Below are positions 35,889 to 46,145 of a stretch of DNA of 64,000 bases, piece after piece (position 1 is the stretch's first letter; each line of letters starts with the position of its first letter). Source of the DNA: Victivallales bacterium. GTDB taxonomy: Bacteria; Verrucomicrobiota; Lentisphaeria; Victivallales; UBA1829. Made by a program: the position numbers and the translations under genes. Under the pieces are notes generated by a model, which ran no database searches, was not told the origin of the DNA, and worked only from the letters and a program-made list of their open reading frames with translations. The stretch spans positions 7,085 to 71,084 of the forward strand of contig JBGUKN010000078.1 of the NCBI GenBank assembly GCA_045114455.1, written 5' to 3'.

Positions 35889-38800
35889 TCGGAGATCACG
35901 AAGATGTGCTGGTCGGAGTTGCACTTGAGTTCGGGAGCGTAGACGCCGCTGCCGCCAGCGGGGAGGGCGATGAAGCGTCCGGGGAGCTGCGCCCGCATCC
36001 GGTAGAACACGTTGGAATCGCCGCGCGCCATATTGCGGAGGTAGAACTTGGCGCCGCGTTCGCGGTATTCGCGGTAGATGGGGGCCTTTCCGGTCCAGTC
36101 ATAGCCGCTGACGGGTTTTTCGAACTCGAATCCGGCGGGCATGCTGTCGGCGAAGCAGACGTAGTCGTAGTCGTTCTTCGCGGTGGAGATGAGCTCGACT
36201 TCGACGAGTTCGCCAGGGCGGATCACGTCGCCGGACTTCAGCGGGACGCGTTTGTACTTATCGCGCTTGAGGGTCTGGACGGAGCCCTGGAGGCCGGCTG
36301 CGAGCGCTTCCTGCACTTCGGGGACCAGGCGGTAGTAGTTGCGCTTGATCTTCATCTCGAGTCCGGCGGGCTCGATCTCGTCCTCCAGCGTGAAGTAGTT
36401 CAGCATGGAGTTCATGTAGAGGACGCCGGGTCCGTCGATGGAGATTTCGAGCTTGTGGTCGCCGGTTCCGAGGGCATCGGGCTTCGCGAGCGCGACGAAC
36501 GGGCTGTCCCACATGGAGGTCTTGTCGACGTGGAAGTTCTTGATCTCCTTGCCGTCGAGGCAGACCTTCACGTTCATGTCGGGCGCGTCTTCGCCTGCGG
36601 TCCTGATGTAGCGGGCGAGGGAACGGACGACCGCGCCGAGTTCGCGGTTGCTGTTGCGCCACGGCGAATTGCGGATGTTCGTGACCAGGTAGTTCGCGAG
36701 CTTGCGGGCGTTCGGGTCGGACGGATCGCTGTCGAGCAGGAGGTCGAGGTAGGCGGCGTTCGTTTCGTTCTCGCTGCCGTACCAGAAGAACCTGCACGAG
36801 GTCGGGATGTTCAGGTAGGAGGTCTGGTTCTCGTCGTCGACCATGCGGAACTGCGTGAGGTTGCGGACGACCATGGCGCGTTCCTCGGACTTGGGATCGA
36901 GGGCGAGGCCGAGCATGGAGAGACCGTAGGGCGCGAGCTGGCTGCGGAGTTCGTAGAGGAATCCGTTCAGCTCCTTGTTGGGCTTTCCGGCCTTGGCGAG
37001 GACGCGTGCGACGAGGGCGTCGGTGTTGGAGACGCCTTTGAGCTTGCGGATATCGACGAGGCGTTCCTCGGCGTGTGCCTGGAGCCAGCCGATGCCGCGG
37101 TTCATGGCGCCGTCGACGGTCTTGTCGCCGAACGCGCTGACGTCCAGCAGGGCGTCGACCACATAGGCGGTGGTGTCGGGGAAGGAGTGTTCGCGGTAGC
37201 CGCCGAACCAGCCCCAGCCGCCGTCGGCATTGACCATGGTGAGGATCATCTTCAGGTTTTCCGCCATCACGCGGTTGAACGTCTTGGCGTCGAACGACGG
37301 ATCGACCTTGCCGTCCTTCCAGCAGTATTTCTCCATATATTCGGTATAGAGCTTGTCGCGGGAAGTCTTCGCCGGGTGGACGTCATCGAAACTGACGCCG
37401 AGCTTGTTGAGGGCGTTCTTCGCGGCCATGGACGGCACGAAGCGGTTCACGACGCCGAACACGGTGGCTTCGCCGTCGGCGGCGAGGTAGGGCAGGAGTT
37501 CGACCATCGCCATCGCCGCGCCGGGGGCGAGGTTCACGGTGAGGAACGTCGTTTCGGGCTTGCGCTGTTCCGGGACCTTCAGCGTGACAGTAGCGGACTT
37601 GTTGTCCTTGTCGAGGTAGGCGAAGTTGTTCACCTGCTTGTCGATGCCCTTCACGAGGACGGGCAGGGCGAGCTGGAGCGCGTCGTCCTCGTCGCCGGCC
37701 TTCACGGAGAGCGTGATCTTGCTTTCGCCGACTGCCTTCGCGTTCAGAGTGAACGGGCAGGCGGTGTGGCTTCCGGCCTTGACGGTGATGGTCGCGGCGT
37801 TCTTCGCGGCGCCGACGGTGTCACCGTCGACGGTGAGCGTAACGTTCGCGGTGACGTCCTTTTCGGTGTAGTTGTGGACGTTCGCGACGGCGTTGACCGT
37901 GTCGCCGTTCACCAGGAAGCGCGGGAGCTCCAGGCGGGCGATGAGGTCCTTGCTGACGACGAATTCGGAATCGCCTTCGCCGACCGACGTGTCGGCAGTG
38001 AGGGACCACACGTGGACCTTCCATGTGGTGAGGTTGTCGGGAGCCGGGACGTCGATGGTGGTCTGGCCGTTCTCGTCAAGCTTCACGAGCCCGGCGAAGT
38101 ACGCGGCGTCGAGGAAGTTGGAGCGGACGAAGGAATCGCCGCCGCCAATGCCGCCGTTCATGCCGCCGCCCATTTCCATTTCGACGGCCTCTTCCGCCAT
38201 CGCCATGTCGGCGCTTGCGGCTTTCATCGCCATGCGGGCACCGCCGGGCGCCGCAGTGGGAGCGGCTTCCATGACGGCGTCGTCCATGCTGTTCATGGCA
38301 GCGCCGAAACTCATGACCGCGCCGCCTGCGCCGCCGCCGAAACCGCCCATACCGCCACCGAAGCCGCGGGACATGGCGCTGCTGCTTTTGCGGACGATGC
38401 CTCCGTCGAAGTAGACGCTTTCGCCGTAGCCGAGATTGAACGGGAAGATGTGTCCGCTCATGGAGAGGTTGTCGTTCATGAAGTGGATCCCGCGTGCGGG
38501 ATTGTTGTGGAGGCTGGTCCCCTGGTCGAGGTTCACGGTCCAGTCGGCGTAGTGCGAACGCTTCCAGTTCCAGAAGAAGGAATTGATCGCCGGGATGCGG
38601 CTGGACGCGATGGCGTCGAGGGACTTGTCATAGACCGTGAGCGTGACCGCGCCGGAGACGGGCTTGCCGGTGCCGTCCTTCACGGTGATCGTCATCGGGA
38701 CGTTCTGGCGCGGCTTGACGGGCTTCTTCGGGCCCGCGATGTCGACGTCGAGCATCTTGGAGACCGGCGGGACGGCGATCATCTTGGAAAGGCGCTGGAC

Positions 38801-41800
38801 TTCGCCGTTTCCGACCGCGATCACGGAGACATAGGTGTTCGGGCGGTCGCCGGGGAGGAAGTCCATCTTGAACTCGTGCGAGTATTCCTTGTCGCCGAGG
38901 GTGACGCATTCGTACTGCGTCTCGCGTTCCTGGCGCGTGAAGAAGTAGAGGGTGGCGCCGGGCTTCTTCATGGAGACGAGGATGCCGGCGGATTCGCCGG
39001 GCATGTACTCGCTCTTGTCGGTGGTGATCTCGAGCGGGAGCTGGCTGAAGAGGTCGCCGGACTTGTCGAACCCGGCCACGAAGAGCGGATAGGAGCCTTC
39101 GCAGGTCACGGGATCTTTGCCGCCGTTCGCCTTCAGCGAGGCGTCGGAGGTGATGCTGGAGACGACTTCGTAGACGCCCTGGCGGTCGATCACGAAGCTC
39201 ACGCCGTTCTCGTCGCCCGCGGTCACGTCCATGACTTTCACGGGCTGGCCGACGCGGTGCGGCACGCCGTCCTTGTCGAGGTCGCGGAGATAGATGGAGA
39301 CGGTTCCCTTGCCCGCGACGGGCTTGCCGTCCGGGGTGGTGGCCTTCACGACGAGCGTGACGGGCTTGCCGGTGCGTGCGAATCCGGTCTTGGCGGACGA
39401 GGAGACGTAGAACGGCTGGGCGGCGGTCACGACGGAGCCGGAGCCGTTGACCACGCGGTTGGATTCGTCGGAGACTTCGGCGTCGATGATGTAGCGGAAG
39501 TCGAGGTTGCCGAAGCGGCGGAGCGCATCGCCCGTGTCGATCGGCACGGTCAGGCAGCCGTCGTCGTCCGCGACGCCCTCGGCCTGCGTGATGAGGTCGC
39601 GTCCATAGGTGACCTGGCGGATGCTCTCGTCGCGGTAGGCGGTGGAGCAGATCCAGTAGCCTTCGCCGAAGAGCCAGTCGAAGCGGCCGCGGAACGGGAA
39701 GATGCGGCGTGCCTGTTCGCGGTGGACGGTGTACTTGATCTTCGCGCCGGACATGGGCGCGCCGAAATAGTATTTCGCCTTGATCTTCGCCTCGAAGATG
39801 CCGCCGGTCTTCACCTGCGTCTCGGGCATTTCCACGTCAAGCAGATATTCGGGCTTCTTGTATTCCTCGACGGAGAACGAGACGCCGCCGTTGCCGGTGC
39901 TCAGGCTGAAGCTTCCGAGTGAGACGTCGTCCGGGAGCTTGAACTCCTCGGTGGCGGCGGCCAGCATCGGGTCGCCGGAGATGTTCTGCTCGTACAGCTT
40001 CTTGCCGCGGGCGTCGGTGCCGGTGAGCTTCAGCTTGTATTCCGTCCGCTTCTGCGGTTCCTTCTCGTCGTAGGAGGCGCGGCGAGTGTAGACGGTGTAT
40101 TTCACCGTGTCGCCGGGACGGTACACGGGGCGGTCGGTGATGATGTAGTCGCGGTCGCGTTCGTAGAAACGGCCCGCGTTGATGGTGGAGTAGTAGGCGT
40201 GCGGAAGGAAGGTGAGCCCGTCCTCGGATTCGGAGAGGATGAGCGTGCGGTCGTTGAGTTTTTCGGGGAAGATGACCGCGCCGTCCTTGCCGGTCGTGAC
40301 CTCGAATTCCTTCACGATGATGCGGTAGCGACGTCCGCCGAACTCGTTCTGGTTGCGGTTGTTCGCGTATTCCGTCCGGTAGTTCATGATCTTGAGCTTG
40401 CGATCGGCGAGCGGTTCGCCGGTCTTCGAGTCGTTGAGCGTGAGGAAACGGCCCTTGGTGACGGATTCCTTCGAGAGGATCTCCGGGGTGATCCAGACCA
40501 GATTTTCATACCAGGAATCCCTGGAGTAGGTGCCTTCCGTGCCTTCGGGCAGGGTACGGACGATGTACGCGCCGGGCTCGGTGATGGGCAGCGTGACCTC
40601 GGTGTCGGTCTCCCAGTGGTGCGGCTTCGGCGTCACGTCGAACGTGAATTCGGAAATCTTTTCCTTGATTGCGGGGCCCCAGCCCTTGAACCCGGTGTTC
40701 AGCTGGTAGGCGTTGTCGGTCTCATAGGAGCGGTCGCCGCCCTCGCGGAGGCTCTTCAGCATGATCTCGACGGCGGTCTTCGCGTCGGCCTTCGTGACGA
40801 CCGCGCGGACCTTCGTGGTGTTGCGGCTGCGGTACGCCAGGACGGGCTTCGTACCGTACGGGACGACCTGGATGCCCTGCGTGGAGCCCCAGTTGCAGAG
40901 GATCTGCTGGACCATCTCGTTTTCATTGGCCTTCTTGAACCAGTCGGCGGCGGATTCGTACTGCATGCGGGCGAGGTAGAGGTAACCGAGCTGCAGCGCG
41001 GACTGCTGTTTGTAGAGGCCTGCCTTGTCGTCATTGGCGAGTTCCTTGAAGATGCGGAAATAGCTGAACTCCTCGGGGAGCGCGATCTTGCGGACGCCGT
41101 CCGCGAGCTCGGCGACGGTCTCGACGTCCTTCAGTTCATAGAGATAATCGCGGTACTTGTCGGAGGTCTGGTATTCGTTCTTGACGCTCCAGTCGATCTG
41201 CGAGAAATCGAACTCGTTGGCGAGGAAGGACGCCCAGTCGTATTTGCTCTGATAATCGCCGAGCGCGATGGCCTGTTCCAGCGCCCAGCGGAAGCGTTCG
41301 CCGTCGCACTTCGCGGACGCGAAATCCTTCGGGCAGGAATAGAGGACCGGGGAGCCGTCCTTGTTCACCGGCGGACGCGAGGAGCTGCCGAAATCGCCGT
41401 CGTCGTAGTCAGGCAGGACGGTCAGATCGGTGAGCGACTGGAGCTTGTAGGACTGTCCGCCTGTCTGGTTGCGACAGAGCAGGGAGGCGAGGGCGCGGTA
41501 GTATTTGATCTGAAGCGGCTTCGAAACGTTCTTCGCCTCTTCGGACGCGGACGCCATGAACCGAAGGTTTTCGACGCGGTCGCGGGCGGTGCTGTTCACG
41601 CGACGTCCGGCGTTGCCGCGGTTGGAACCGCGCGTGAAGGAGTTGTTGAAGAAGAAGCCGTAGCTGGTGACGTTGGCGTTCAGCTCGGCGGCCAGCGAGA
41701 CGTTCTTCGGGAAGCGCGCGGTCACGAAGGCGAACGCCTCGTCGTATTCCTTCACGCGGTTGTTGCTGACGAGGCTGGCGCGGTAGCAGTTCCACAGCGG

Positions 41801-42043
41801 GCCGACGGCTTCGCTCTGGGACTTCGCGGGGATGGCTTCCAGCGCGGCGCGCGCGGCGTCGGCGGATTCCTTGAAGTTGCCTTCTTCCATGAGTCTGCGG
41901 ATCTTGGCGATCGTCTCTTTTTCAGCGGGGGTCTGCGCCGTTTCGGCAGACTGTTTTTCGTCCTGCGCCAACGCCGCCGGAAGGGCGAAGAACGCCGGGA
42001 GAACGGCCGCCGCGGTCAGGAGGAAGCGGATGTTTCGGTTCAT
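35885..42043 (-). CDS. bacterial alpha-2-macroglobulin family protein (thioester-less)
   Basis: Signal peptide MNRNIRFLL; YIITDRPVYRPGD, FSVEEYKKPEY, PDNLTTWKV, PRFLVNGD, NADGGWGWF; C-terminal A2M receptor-like domain. Confidence 0.92.
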   Translation of the reverse strand: MNRNIRFLLTAAAVLPAFFALPAALAQDEKQSAETAQTPAEKETIAKIRRLMEEGNFKESADAARAALEAIPAKSQSEAVGPLWNCYRASLVSNNRVKEYDEAFAFVTARFPKNVSLAAELNANVTSYGFFFNNSFTRGSNRGNAGRRVNSTARDRVENLRFMASASEEAKNVSKPLQIKYYRALASLLCRNQTGGQSYKLQSLTDLTVLPDYDDGDFGSSSRPPVNKDGSPVLYSCPKDFASAKCDGERFRWALEQAIALGDYQSKYDWASFLANEFDFSQIDWSVKNEYQTSDKYRDYLYELKDVETVAELADGVRKIALPEEFSYFRIFKELANDDKAGLYKQQSALQLGYLYLARMQYESAADWFKKANENEMVQQILCNWGSTQGIQVVPYGTKPVLAYRSRNTTKVRAVVTKADAKTAVEIMLKSLREGGDRSYETDNAYQLNTGFKGWGPAIKEKISEFTFDVTPKPHHWETDTEVTLPITEPGAYIVRTLPEGTEGTYSRDSWYENLVWITPEILSKESVTKGRFLTLNDSKTGEPLADRKLKIMNYRTEYANNRNQNEFGGRRYRIIVKEFEVTTGKDGAVIFPEKLNDRTLILSESEDGLTFLPHAYYSTINAGRFYERDRDYIITDRPVYRPGDTVKYTVYTRRASYDEKEPQKRTEYKLKLTGTDARGKKLYEQNISGDPMLAAATEEFKLPDDVSLGSFSLSTGNGGVSFSVEEYKKPEYLLDVEMPETQVKTGGIFEAKIKAKYYFGAPMSGAKIKYTVHREQARRIFPFRGRFDWLFGEGYWICSTAYRDESIRQVTYGRDLITQAEGVADDDGCLTVPIDTGDALRRFGNLDFRYIIDAEVSDESNRVVNGSGSVVTAAQPFYVSSSAKTGFARTGKPVTLVVKATTPDGKPVAGKGTVSIYLRDLDKDGVPHRVGQPVKVMDVTAGDENGVSFVIDRQGVYEVVSSITSDASLKANGGKDPVTCEGSYPLFVAGFDKSGDLFSQLPLEITTDKSEYMPGESAGILVSMKKPGATLYFFTRQERETQYECVTLGDKEYSHEFKMDFLPGDRPNTYVSVIAVGNGEVQRLSKMIAVPPVSKMLDVDIAGPKKPVKPRQNVPMTITVKDGTGKPVSGAVTLTVYDKSLDAIASSRIPAINSFFWNWKRSHYADWTVNLDQGTSLHNNPARGIHFMNDNLSMSGHIFPFNLGYGESVYFDGGIVRKSSSAMSRGFGGGMGGFGGGAGGAVMSFGAAMNSMDDAVMEAAPTAAPGGARMAMKAASADMAMAEEAVEMEMGGGMNGGIGGGDSFVRSNFLDAAYFAGLVKLDENGQTTIDVPAPDNLTTWKVHVWSLTADTSVGEGDSEFVVSKDLIARLELPRFLVNGDTVNAVANVHNYTEKDVTANVTLTVDGDTVGAAKNAATITVKAGSHTACPFTLNAKAVGESKITLSVKAGDEDDALQLALPVLVKGIDKQVNNFAYLDKDNKSATVTLKVPEQRKPETTFLTVNLAPGAAMAMVELLPYLAADGEATVFGVVNRFVPSMAAKNALNKLGVSFDDVHPAKTSRDKLYTEYMEKYCWKDGKVDPSFDAKTFNRVMAENLKMILTMVNADGGWGWFGGYREHSFPDTTAYVVDALLDVSAFGDKTVDGAMNRGIGWLQAHAEERLVDIRKLKGVSNTDALVARVLAKAGKPNKELNGFLYELRSQLAPYGLSMLGLALDPKSEERAMVVRNLTQFRMVDDENQTSYLNIPTSCRFFWYGSENETNAAYLDLLLDSDPSDPNARKLANYLVTNIRNSPWRNSNRELGAVVRSLARYIRTAGEDAPDMNVKVCLDGKEIKNFHVDKTSMWDSPFVALAKPDALGTGDHKLEISIDGPGVLYMNSMLNYFTLEDEIEPAGLEMKIKRNYYRLVPEVQEALAAGLQGSVQTLKRDKYKRVPLKSGDVIRPGELVEVELISTAKNDYDYVCFADSMPAGFEFEKPVSGYDWTGKAPIYREYRERGAKFYLRNMARGDSNVFYRMRAQLPGRFIALPAGGSGVYAPELKCNSDQHIFVISE

Positions 42044-42226
42044 GGGAAAATCCTTTCTCTGGTGGTCCGGGAGCGTTGACACGGCGGACAAAAATGAGCA
42101 GTCCGCCCCGCCGTATGCTTCCGGGCAATAAAAAAATGATTGTTGAATTCGTTCGTTTCTGACAATTTGACGCGGGACGGAAGAATATCTTAGCGAAAAA
42201 AAGGAAGAACAATCTTTTTTTTCAGA

Positions 42227-42964
42227 TTATTCTTCGATTTCTTCACTTTCTTCTTCCGCATCGTCATCCGCGTTGTCGTCCGCGTTATCGTCCGACTCTT
42301 CATGAGGCTCTTCGCCGGCGGAACGCAGAATCCGGACGACGGTGTTCACGTCGCGCGGATCGAACATCAGGACGAGCGTGCCGCCGTCGCCGGGTTCGAT
42401 GCGTTTGAACGCCGAAAGCGCGGTGCGGACTTTTTCCCGGCTCATCGCATCCTTCTCGACCCATCGCGCCATTTTTTCCATAGCGCGCTGCGACATCGGG
42501 AGTTTGCCGATGGAGCCGGAACCGGGAACGATCGAGAGTTGACCGTCGTCGACGTACGGCGTCAGCTCGGCGAAGAGGTTTGCGGCCTTGCCGAATCTGA
42601 GCGAACCGGAGAAAAAGAGCCTGATTTTGCCGTCCTCCCAGATTGCGGCGTAGGGGACCGTCTCCGGCGCGTTCGGCCGGTCGTCGCGCATCATGGCGTT
42701 CAGGAGCGTCTGCACTTCGTTCTGCGTAAGATGAAGTTCGGCGGTCTCGACCACGCGGCCCTCCTTGTCGACCAGCGAACGCGCCAGACGGGTGATGACG
42801 CCCGCCATCACGCCTTTGTCGCGGCCGTCGAACGTCGGGGCGGGATAGGACACCGGATTGCCGATCGCGAGCAGGACGAGCACGATCAGGAGGACGATCA
42901 GGAGGATCAGAAGGACAAGGAACGATTTCAGCAGTCTGATGAAACAGCCTTTTTTCGATGCCAT
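42227..42964 (-). CDS. membrane-anchored hypothetical protein with acidic tail
   Basis: N-terminal TM (FLVLLILLIVLLIVLVLLAI), D/E-rich C-terminus; GGAGG RBS. Confidence 0.75.
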   Translation of the reverse strand: MASKKGCFIRLLKSFLVLLILLIVLLIVLVLLAIGNPVSYPAPTFDGRDKGVMAGVITRLARSLVDKEGRVVETAELHLTQNEVQTLLNAMMRDDRPNAPETVPYAAIWEDGKIRLFFSGSLRFGKAANLFAELTPYVDDGQLSIVPGSGSIGKLPMSQRAMEKMARWVEKDAMSREKVRTALSAFKRIEPGDGGTLVLMFDPRDVNTVVRILRSAGEEPHEESDDNADDNADDDAEEESEEIEE

Positions 42965-42985
42965 GGCGATCCTCCCGTCAAACGG

Positions 42986-43879
42986 TCAGTCGTTGTCGTC
43001 GTCGAGACGCATGGACCAGTAGTTGCCCGCGTTCCAGCGGCTGAGCCCCTGGTCCTTGCGGATGGTGGCGCGCGGATACATGATCTTCACATGGCCGTCG
43101 GCGAACGCGTAGTTCCACATGCTGCTGTGAAGCGTGGTGGTCGCCTTGTCGAAGGAGGACGATCCTCCGGCCGACTCGTCGCCGCCCCAGGCTTCGGACT
43201 GCTGGGATGGGCAGGAAATGGTGGACCACCAGGCGGAGAAGAATCCCGTGCGTGTGGAACGGCTGTGGTTTGCGCTGGGAACATATTCCACGAAATAGAT
43301 CATGCGCGACGGCATCGGTATCTTGCCGTATTTCAGGCCGACCCAGTGGCCGTTTCCGGTGTTGCTGTCGTTGCAGATGGATTTTCCGCTTTCCGATCCG
43401 GGCTCGCCGACTTTTTCCTCGTTGCCGGTTCCGCCGCCAGGGGAATGGTTCATGGCGTAGGTGCGGATCGGAAGCCCCTCGGCATTCGGACCGCGCGGTT
43501 CCTTGTCGGCGGGGCACTGGAAGAATTTCAGTGAGGCGAATTCCTTTTTGCTTTTGCAGGGCGGAACGCCGTGAGTCCCGACCTCGAAATTGCTGTGCGG
43601 CGTGTAGCGCAGGAGGAGGCGTTCCCACAGGGAACCGTAGTCGCCGCCGCCCGACTTCGCAGGCGTGACGAATGTCGTGTCATGGGCATACTGAAGCGCG
43701 CAGACCATCATCTGCTTCATGTTGCTGGCGCAGAGGGCCGTGTAGGCGGTGCGTTTCGCGGACTGGAGCGCGGGCAGAAGAAGCGATGCAAGGATCGCGA
43801 TGATCGCGATGACGATCAGAAGTTCGATCAGGGTGAAGCCTCGGAACGTGCAAATGGTATTGCTGTTTGTGCGTTTCAT
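42986..43879 (-). CDS. prepilin-type N-terminal cleavage/methylation protein with H-X9-DG motif (DUF1559-like)
   Basis: [32 protein letters not shown]; [15 protein letters not shown]. Confidence 0.92.
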   Translation of the reverse strand: MKRTNSNTICTFRGFTLIELLIVIAIIAILASLLLPALQSAKRTAYTALCASNMKQMMVCALQYAHDTTFVTPAKSGGGDYGSLWERLLLRYTPHSNFEVGTHGVPPCKSKKEFASLKFFQCPADKEPRGPNAEGLPIRTYAMNHSPGGGTGNEEKVGEPGSESGKSICNDSNTGNGHWVGLKYGKIPMPSRMIYFVEYVPSANHSRSTRTGFFSAWWSTISCPSQQSEAWGGDESAGGSSSFDKATTTLHSSMWNYAFADGHVKIMYPRATIRKDQGLSRWNAGNYWSMRLDDDND

Positions 43880-44136
43880 GGGGGGTGCCTCCTCGGTTAT
43901 TTTACCTATTTCACTATAATCTAAAACTTGCCGGAAGAAAAATCAAGATGACGAATCGGGAAAACGGGGAAAAATAGCGTTACTTAACGAAAAGAGACGT
44001 TAATAACGTAAAACAAGCTCAAAAAAGATCATGTCCGGAAAAAAAAGAAAGCAATTGAGGATGTCGGCGATTTGTCGAAATAAAAAACGGCCTTTGCCGT
44101 TCCGTGCTTTTTCCGGCTTTTTTTCGAAAAAAAAGC

Positions 44137-44166
44137 TTGACAGGAAGCGCAACCATGTGCTATGGT
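44137..44166 (+). promoter_or_regulatory. sigma70-type promoter of aldo/keto reductase
   Basis: TTGACA-N18-TATGGT with TGn extension. Confidence 0.55.
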
Positions 44167-44223
44167 AAGTAAGAGACTCTCCCGAAGCCACCCCTACACC
44201 CCAGCAACACAGGAGCAATACCT

Positions 44224-45369
44224 ATGGGACACTATCTCGGCGAAGAAATCCGCAAACTCGGATTCGGCATGATGCGTCTGCCGAAAAACGGCGAAGCGAT
44301 CGACATCGAAACGACCAAGATCATGGTCGACAAGTTTCTGGCCGCAGGCTTTACCTATTTCGATACGGCGTGGATTTATCAAGGCAGCGAGGATGCCACG
44401 CGGCAGGCCCTGGTGGAACGCTATCCGCGGGAGAGTTTCCAGCTCGCGACGAAGAACGCCGCATGGTGCGAATGCAAGACGCGCGAGGACGCGATCGCCC
44501 AGTTCGAAACGTCGCTGAAGCGGCTCGGGACCGATTATATCGACTTCTATCTGCTCCACAACCTCGGCGACAAGCGCACGGAGGTGTTCGAGGATTTCGA
44601 TCTGTGGAATTTCGCGCTGGAACAGAAAAAGCTCGGCAGGATCCGGCACGTCGGATTCTCGTTCCACTCCACCGCCGACCAGCTCGACGAAATCCTCACG
44701 AAACATCCGGAGACGGAATTCGTCCAGCTTCAGATCAACTACGCCGACTGGGACCACAAGTTCATCCAGTCGCGCCTGAACTACGAAACCTGCCGCAAGC
44801 ACAATGTGCCCGTCATCATCATGGAACCCGTGAAGGGCGGCATGCTGGCGACGCCGCCGGAATCCGTCGTGAAGATCTTCCGCGACGCGAATCCCGACCT
44901 GTCCCCGGCGGCCTGGGCGATCCGGTTCAACGCGAGCCTGCCGGGCGTGATCACGGTCCTGTCCGGAATGAGCACGCCGGAACAGATGGACGACAATCTG
45001 AAGTCGATGAAGGATTTCCATGCGCTGACCGACGCGGAGAAGGAGACCGTGTTCAAGGCGCAGGAAGCGCTCGCCAAAGTCCCGATGATCCCCTGTACCT
45101 CCTGCGACTACTGCGCGAAGGTCTGCCCGATGAACATCGGCATCTCCGGCTCGTTCAACGGACGGAACCTGCTGACGCTGTACAGCAACGTCGAGAGCGC
45201 GAAGGTCCAGATTTTCTGGGCGGTCGCGAACATGGGCAAGAAGGACGCCATCGAGTGCATCGGCTGCGGCAAGTGCGAGGAAGTCTGCCCGCAGCACCTC
45301 GAAATCCGCAAGCTCTTGGCGGAAACAGCGAAAGCCTTCGATCAGAAGAAATCCACCCCAGAGGGGTGA
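44224..45369 (+). CDS. aldo/keto reductase with C-terminal 4Fe-4S dicluster domain
   Basis: LGFGMMRLP, YFDTAWIY, YIDFYLLHN, MEPVKGG; CTSCDYCAKVCP and CIGCGKCEEVCP. Confidence 0.93.
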   Translation: MGHYLGEEIRKLGFGMMRLPKNGEAIDIETTKIMVDKFLAAGFTYFDTAWIYQGSEDATRQALVERYPRESFQLATKNAAWCECKTREDAIAQFETSLKRLGTDYIDFYLLHNLGDKRTEVFEDFDLWNFALEQKKLGRIRHVGFSFHSTADQLDEILTKHPETEFVQLQINYADWDHKFIQSRLNYETCRKHNVPVIIMEPVKGGMLATPPESVVKIFRDANPDLSPAAWAIRFNASLPGVITVLSGMSTPEQMDDNLKSMKDFHALTDAEKETVFKAQEALAKVPMIPCTSCDYCAKVCPMNIGISGSFNGRNLLTLYSNVESAKVQIFWAVANMGKKDAIECIGCGKCEEVCPQHLEIRKLLAETAKAFDQKKSTPEG

Positions 45370-45395
45370 CGTGCTGCGCGACGGCGCGATGTCTG

Positions 45396-46145
45396 TTATC
45401 GGGCTAAAAAAGCTTTGCGTTCCGGCTCGGGATAATGTTCGATCGCGTACCGGAGCGTCGTGCGGGACATGACCGCCTTGTTTTTCTGCAAGTAGTCGGT
45501 CAGGGCGGCGCGGTCGCGTTTGCCGATCTCGCGGAGCATCCAGCCGCATGCCTTATGCATGAGGTCGTGCGGATGCTCCAGGAACCGGTCGACCATGCGG
45601 AACGGTTCGTCCAGCTGCTTCGTGCGGATGAACGGGAACATGGAGAGGACGGCGATACGTTCCTCCCAAAGATGTCCGGATGAAATGAAGCGTTCCAGCG
45701 TGTCTGCACCGTGTTCGAACGCATAGGCTCCGGTGATATCGGGCGCGGTCAGGTCGACCAGGTCCCAGTTATTCACGAATCCGCGCCGGGCAAGTTCGGC
45801 GTACTGTTCGAAAATGGCGGCGCGCTCTTTCTCTCCGGTCTTTTTCGACTGATATTTGTCCGTCAGGATGAGCAGGGCGCAGAGGCGTATCTCATGCCAT
45901 TCGGAATGCGCGGCGCGGACGGCTTCCAGGACGGGAATATTCCGAAACGCCTTCGCCGTGCGGCGGGTCACCGGGTTTTTGCAGCCGAGGAACCTGTCGC
46001 CTTCGCCATACTGGCCCGGTCCGGTCTTGAAGAAACGCTGAAGGATTTCGGCGTCGGCGGGATTCGCCTGCGCGAGCATGGCGCGTTCGAGGTCGGCGGC
46101 GGTGGCGTTTGCGCCGGAATCGGCGGGGAAAACAGGGGTATTCAT
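45396..46145 (-). CDS. DNA alkylation repair protein (AlkD-like)
   Basis: FFKTGPGQYGEGDRFLG, VNNWDLVD, DLMHKACGWMLREIGK, RTTLRYAIE. Confidence 0.9.
   Translation of the reverse strand: MNTPVFPADSGANATAADLERAMLAQANPADAEILQRFFKTGPGQYGEGDRFLGCKNPVTRRTAKAFRNIPVLEAVRAAHSEWHEIRLCALLILTDKYQSKKTGEKERAAIFEQYAELARRGFVNNWDLVDLTAPDITGAYAFEHGADTLERFISSGHLWEERIAVLSMFPFIRTKQLDEPFRMVDRFLEHPHDLMHKACGWMLREIGKRDRAALTDYLQKNKAVMSRTTLRYAIEHYPEPERKAFLAR

Noticed and set aside
35906-39922. 1338 aa plus-strand ORF (also 8546-10693, 20767-22638, 50409-52871, 53051-55309, 56577-58967)
   Set aside because: All lie antisense to confidently identified genes and read as typical shadow frames.
44116-44136. T7-CG-A8 near-palindrome upstream of the AKR promoter
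   Set aside because: Low complexity; more simply an UP element or A-tract than an operator.
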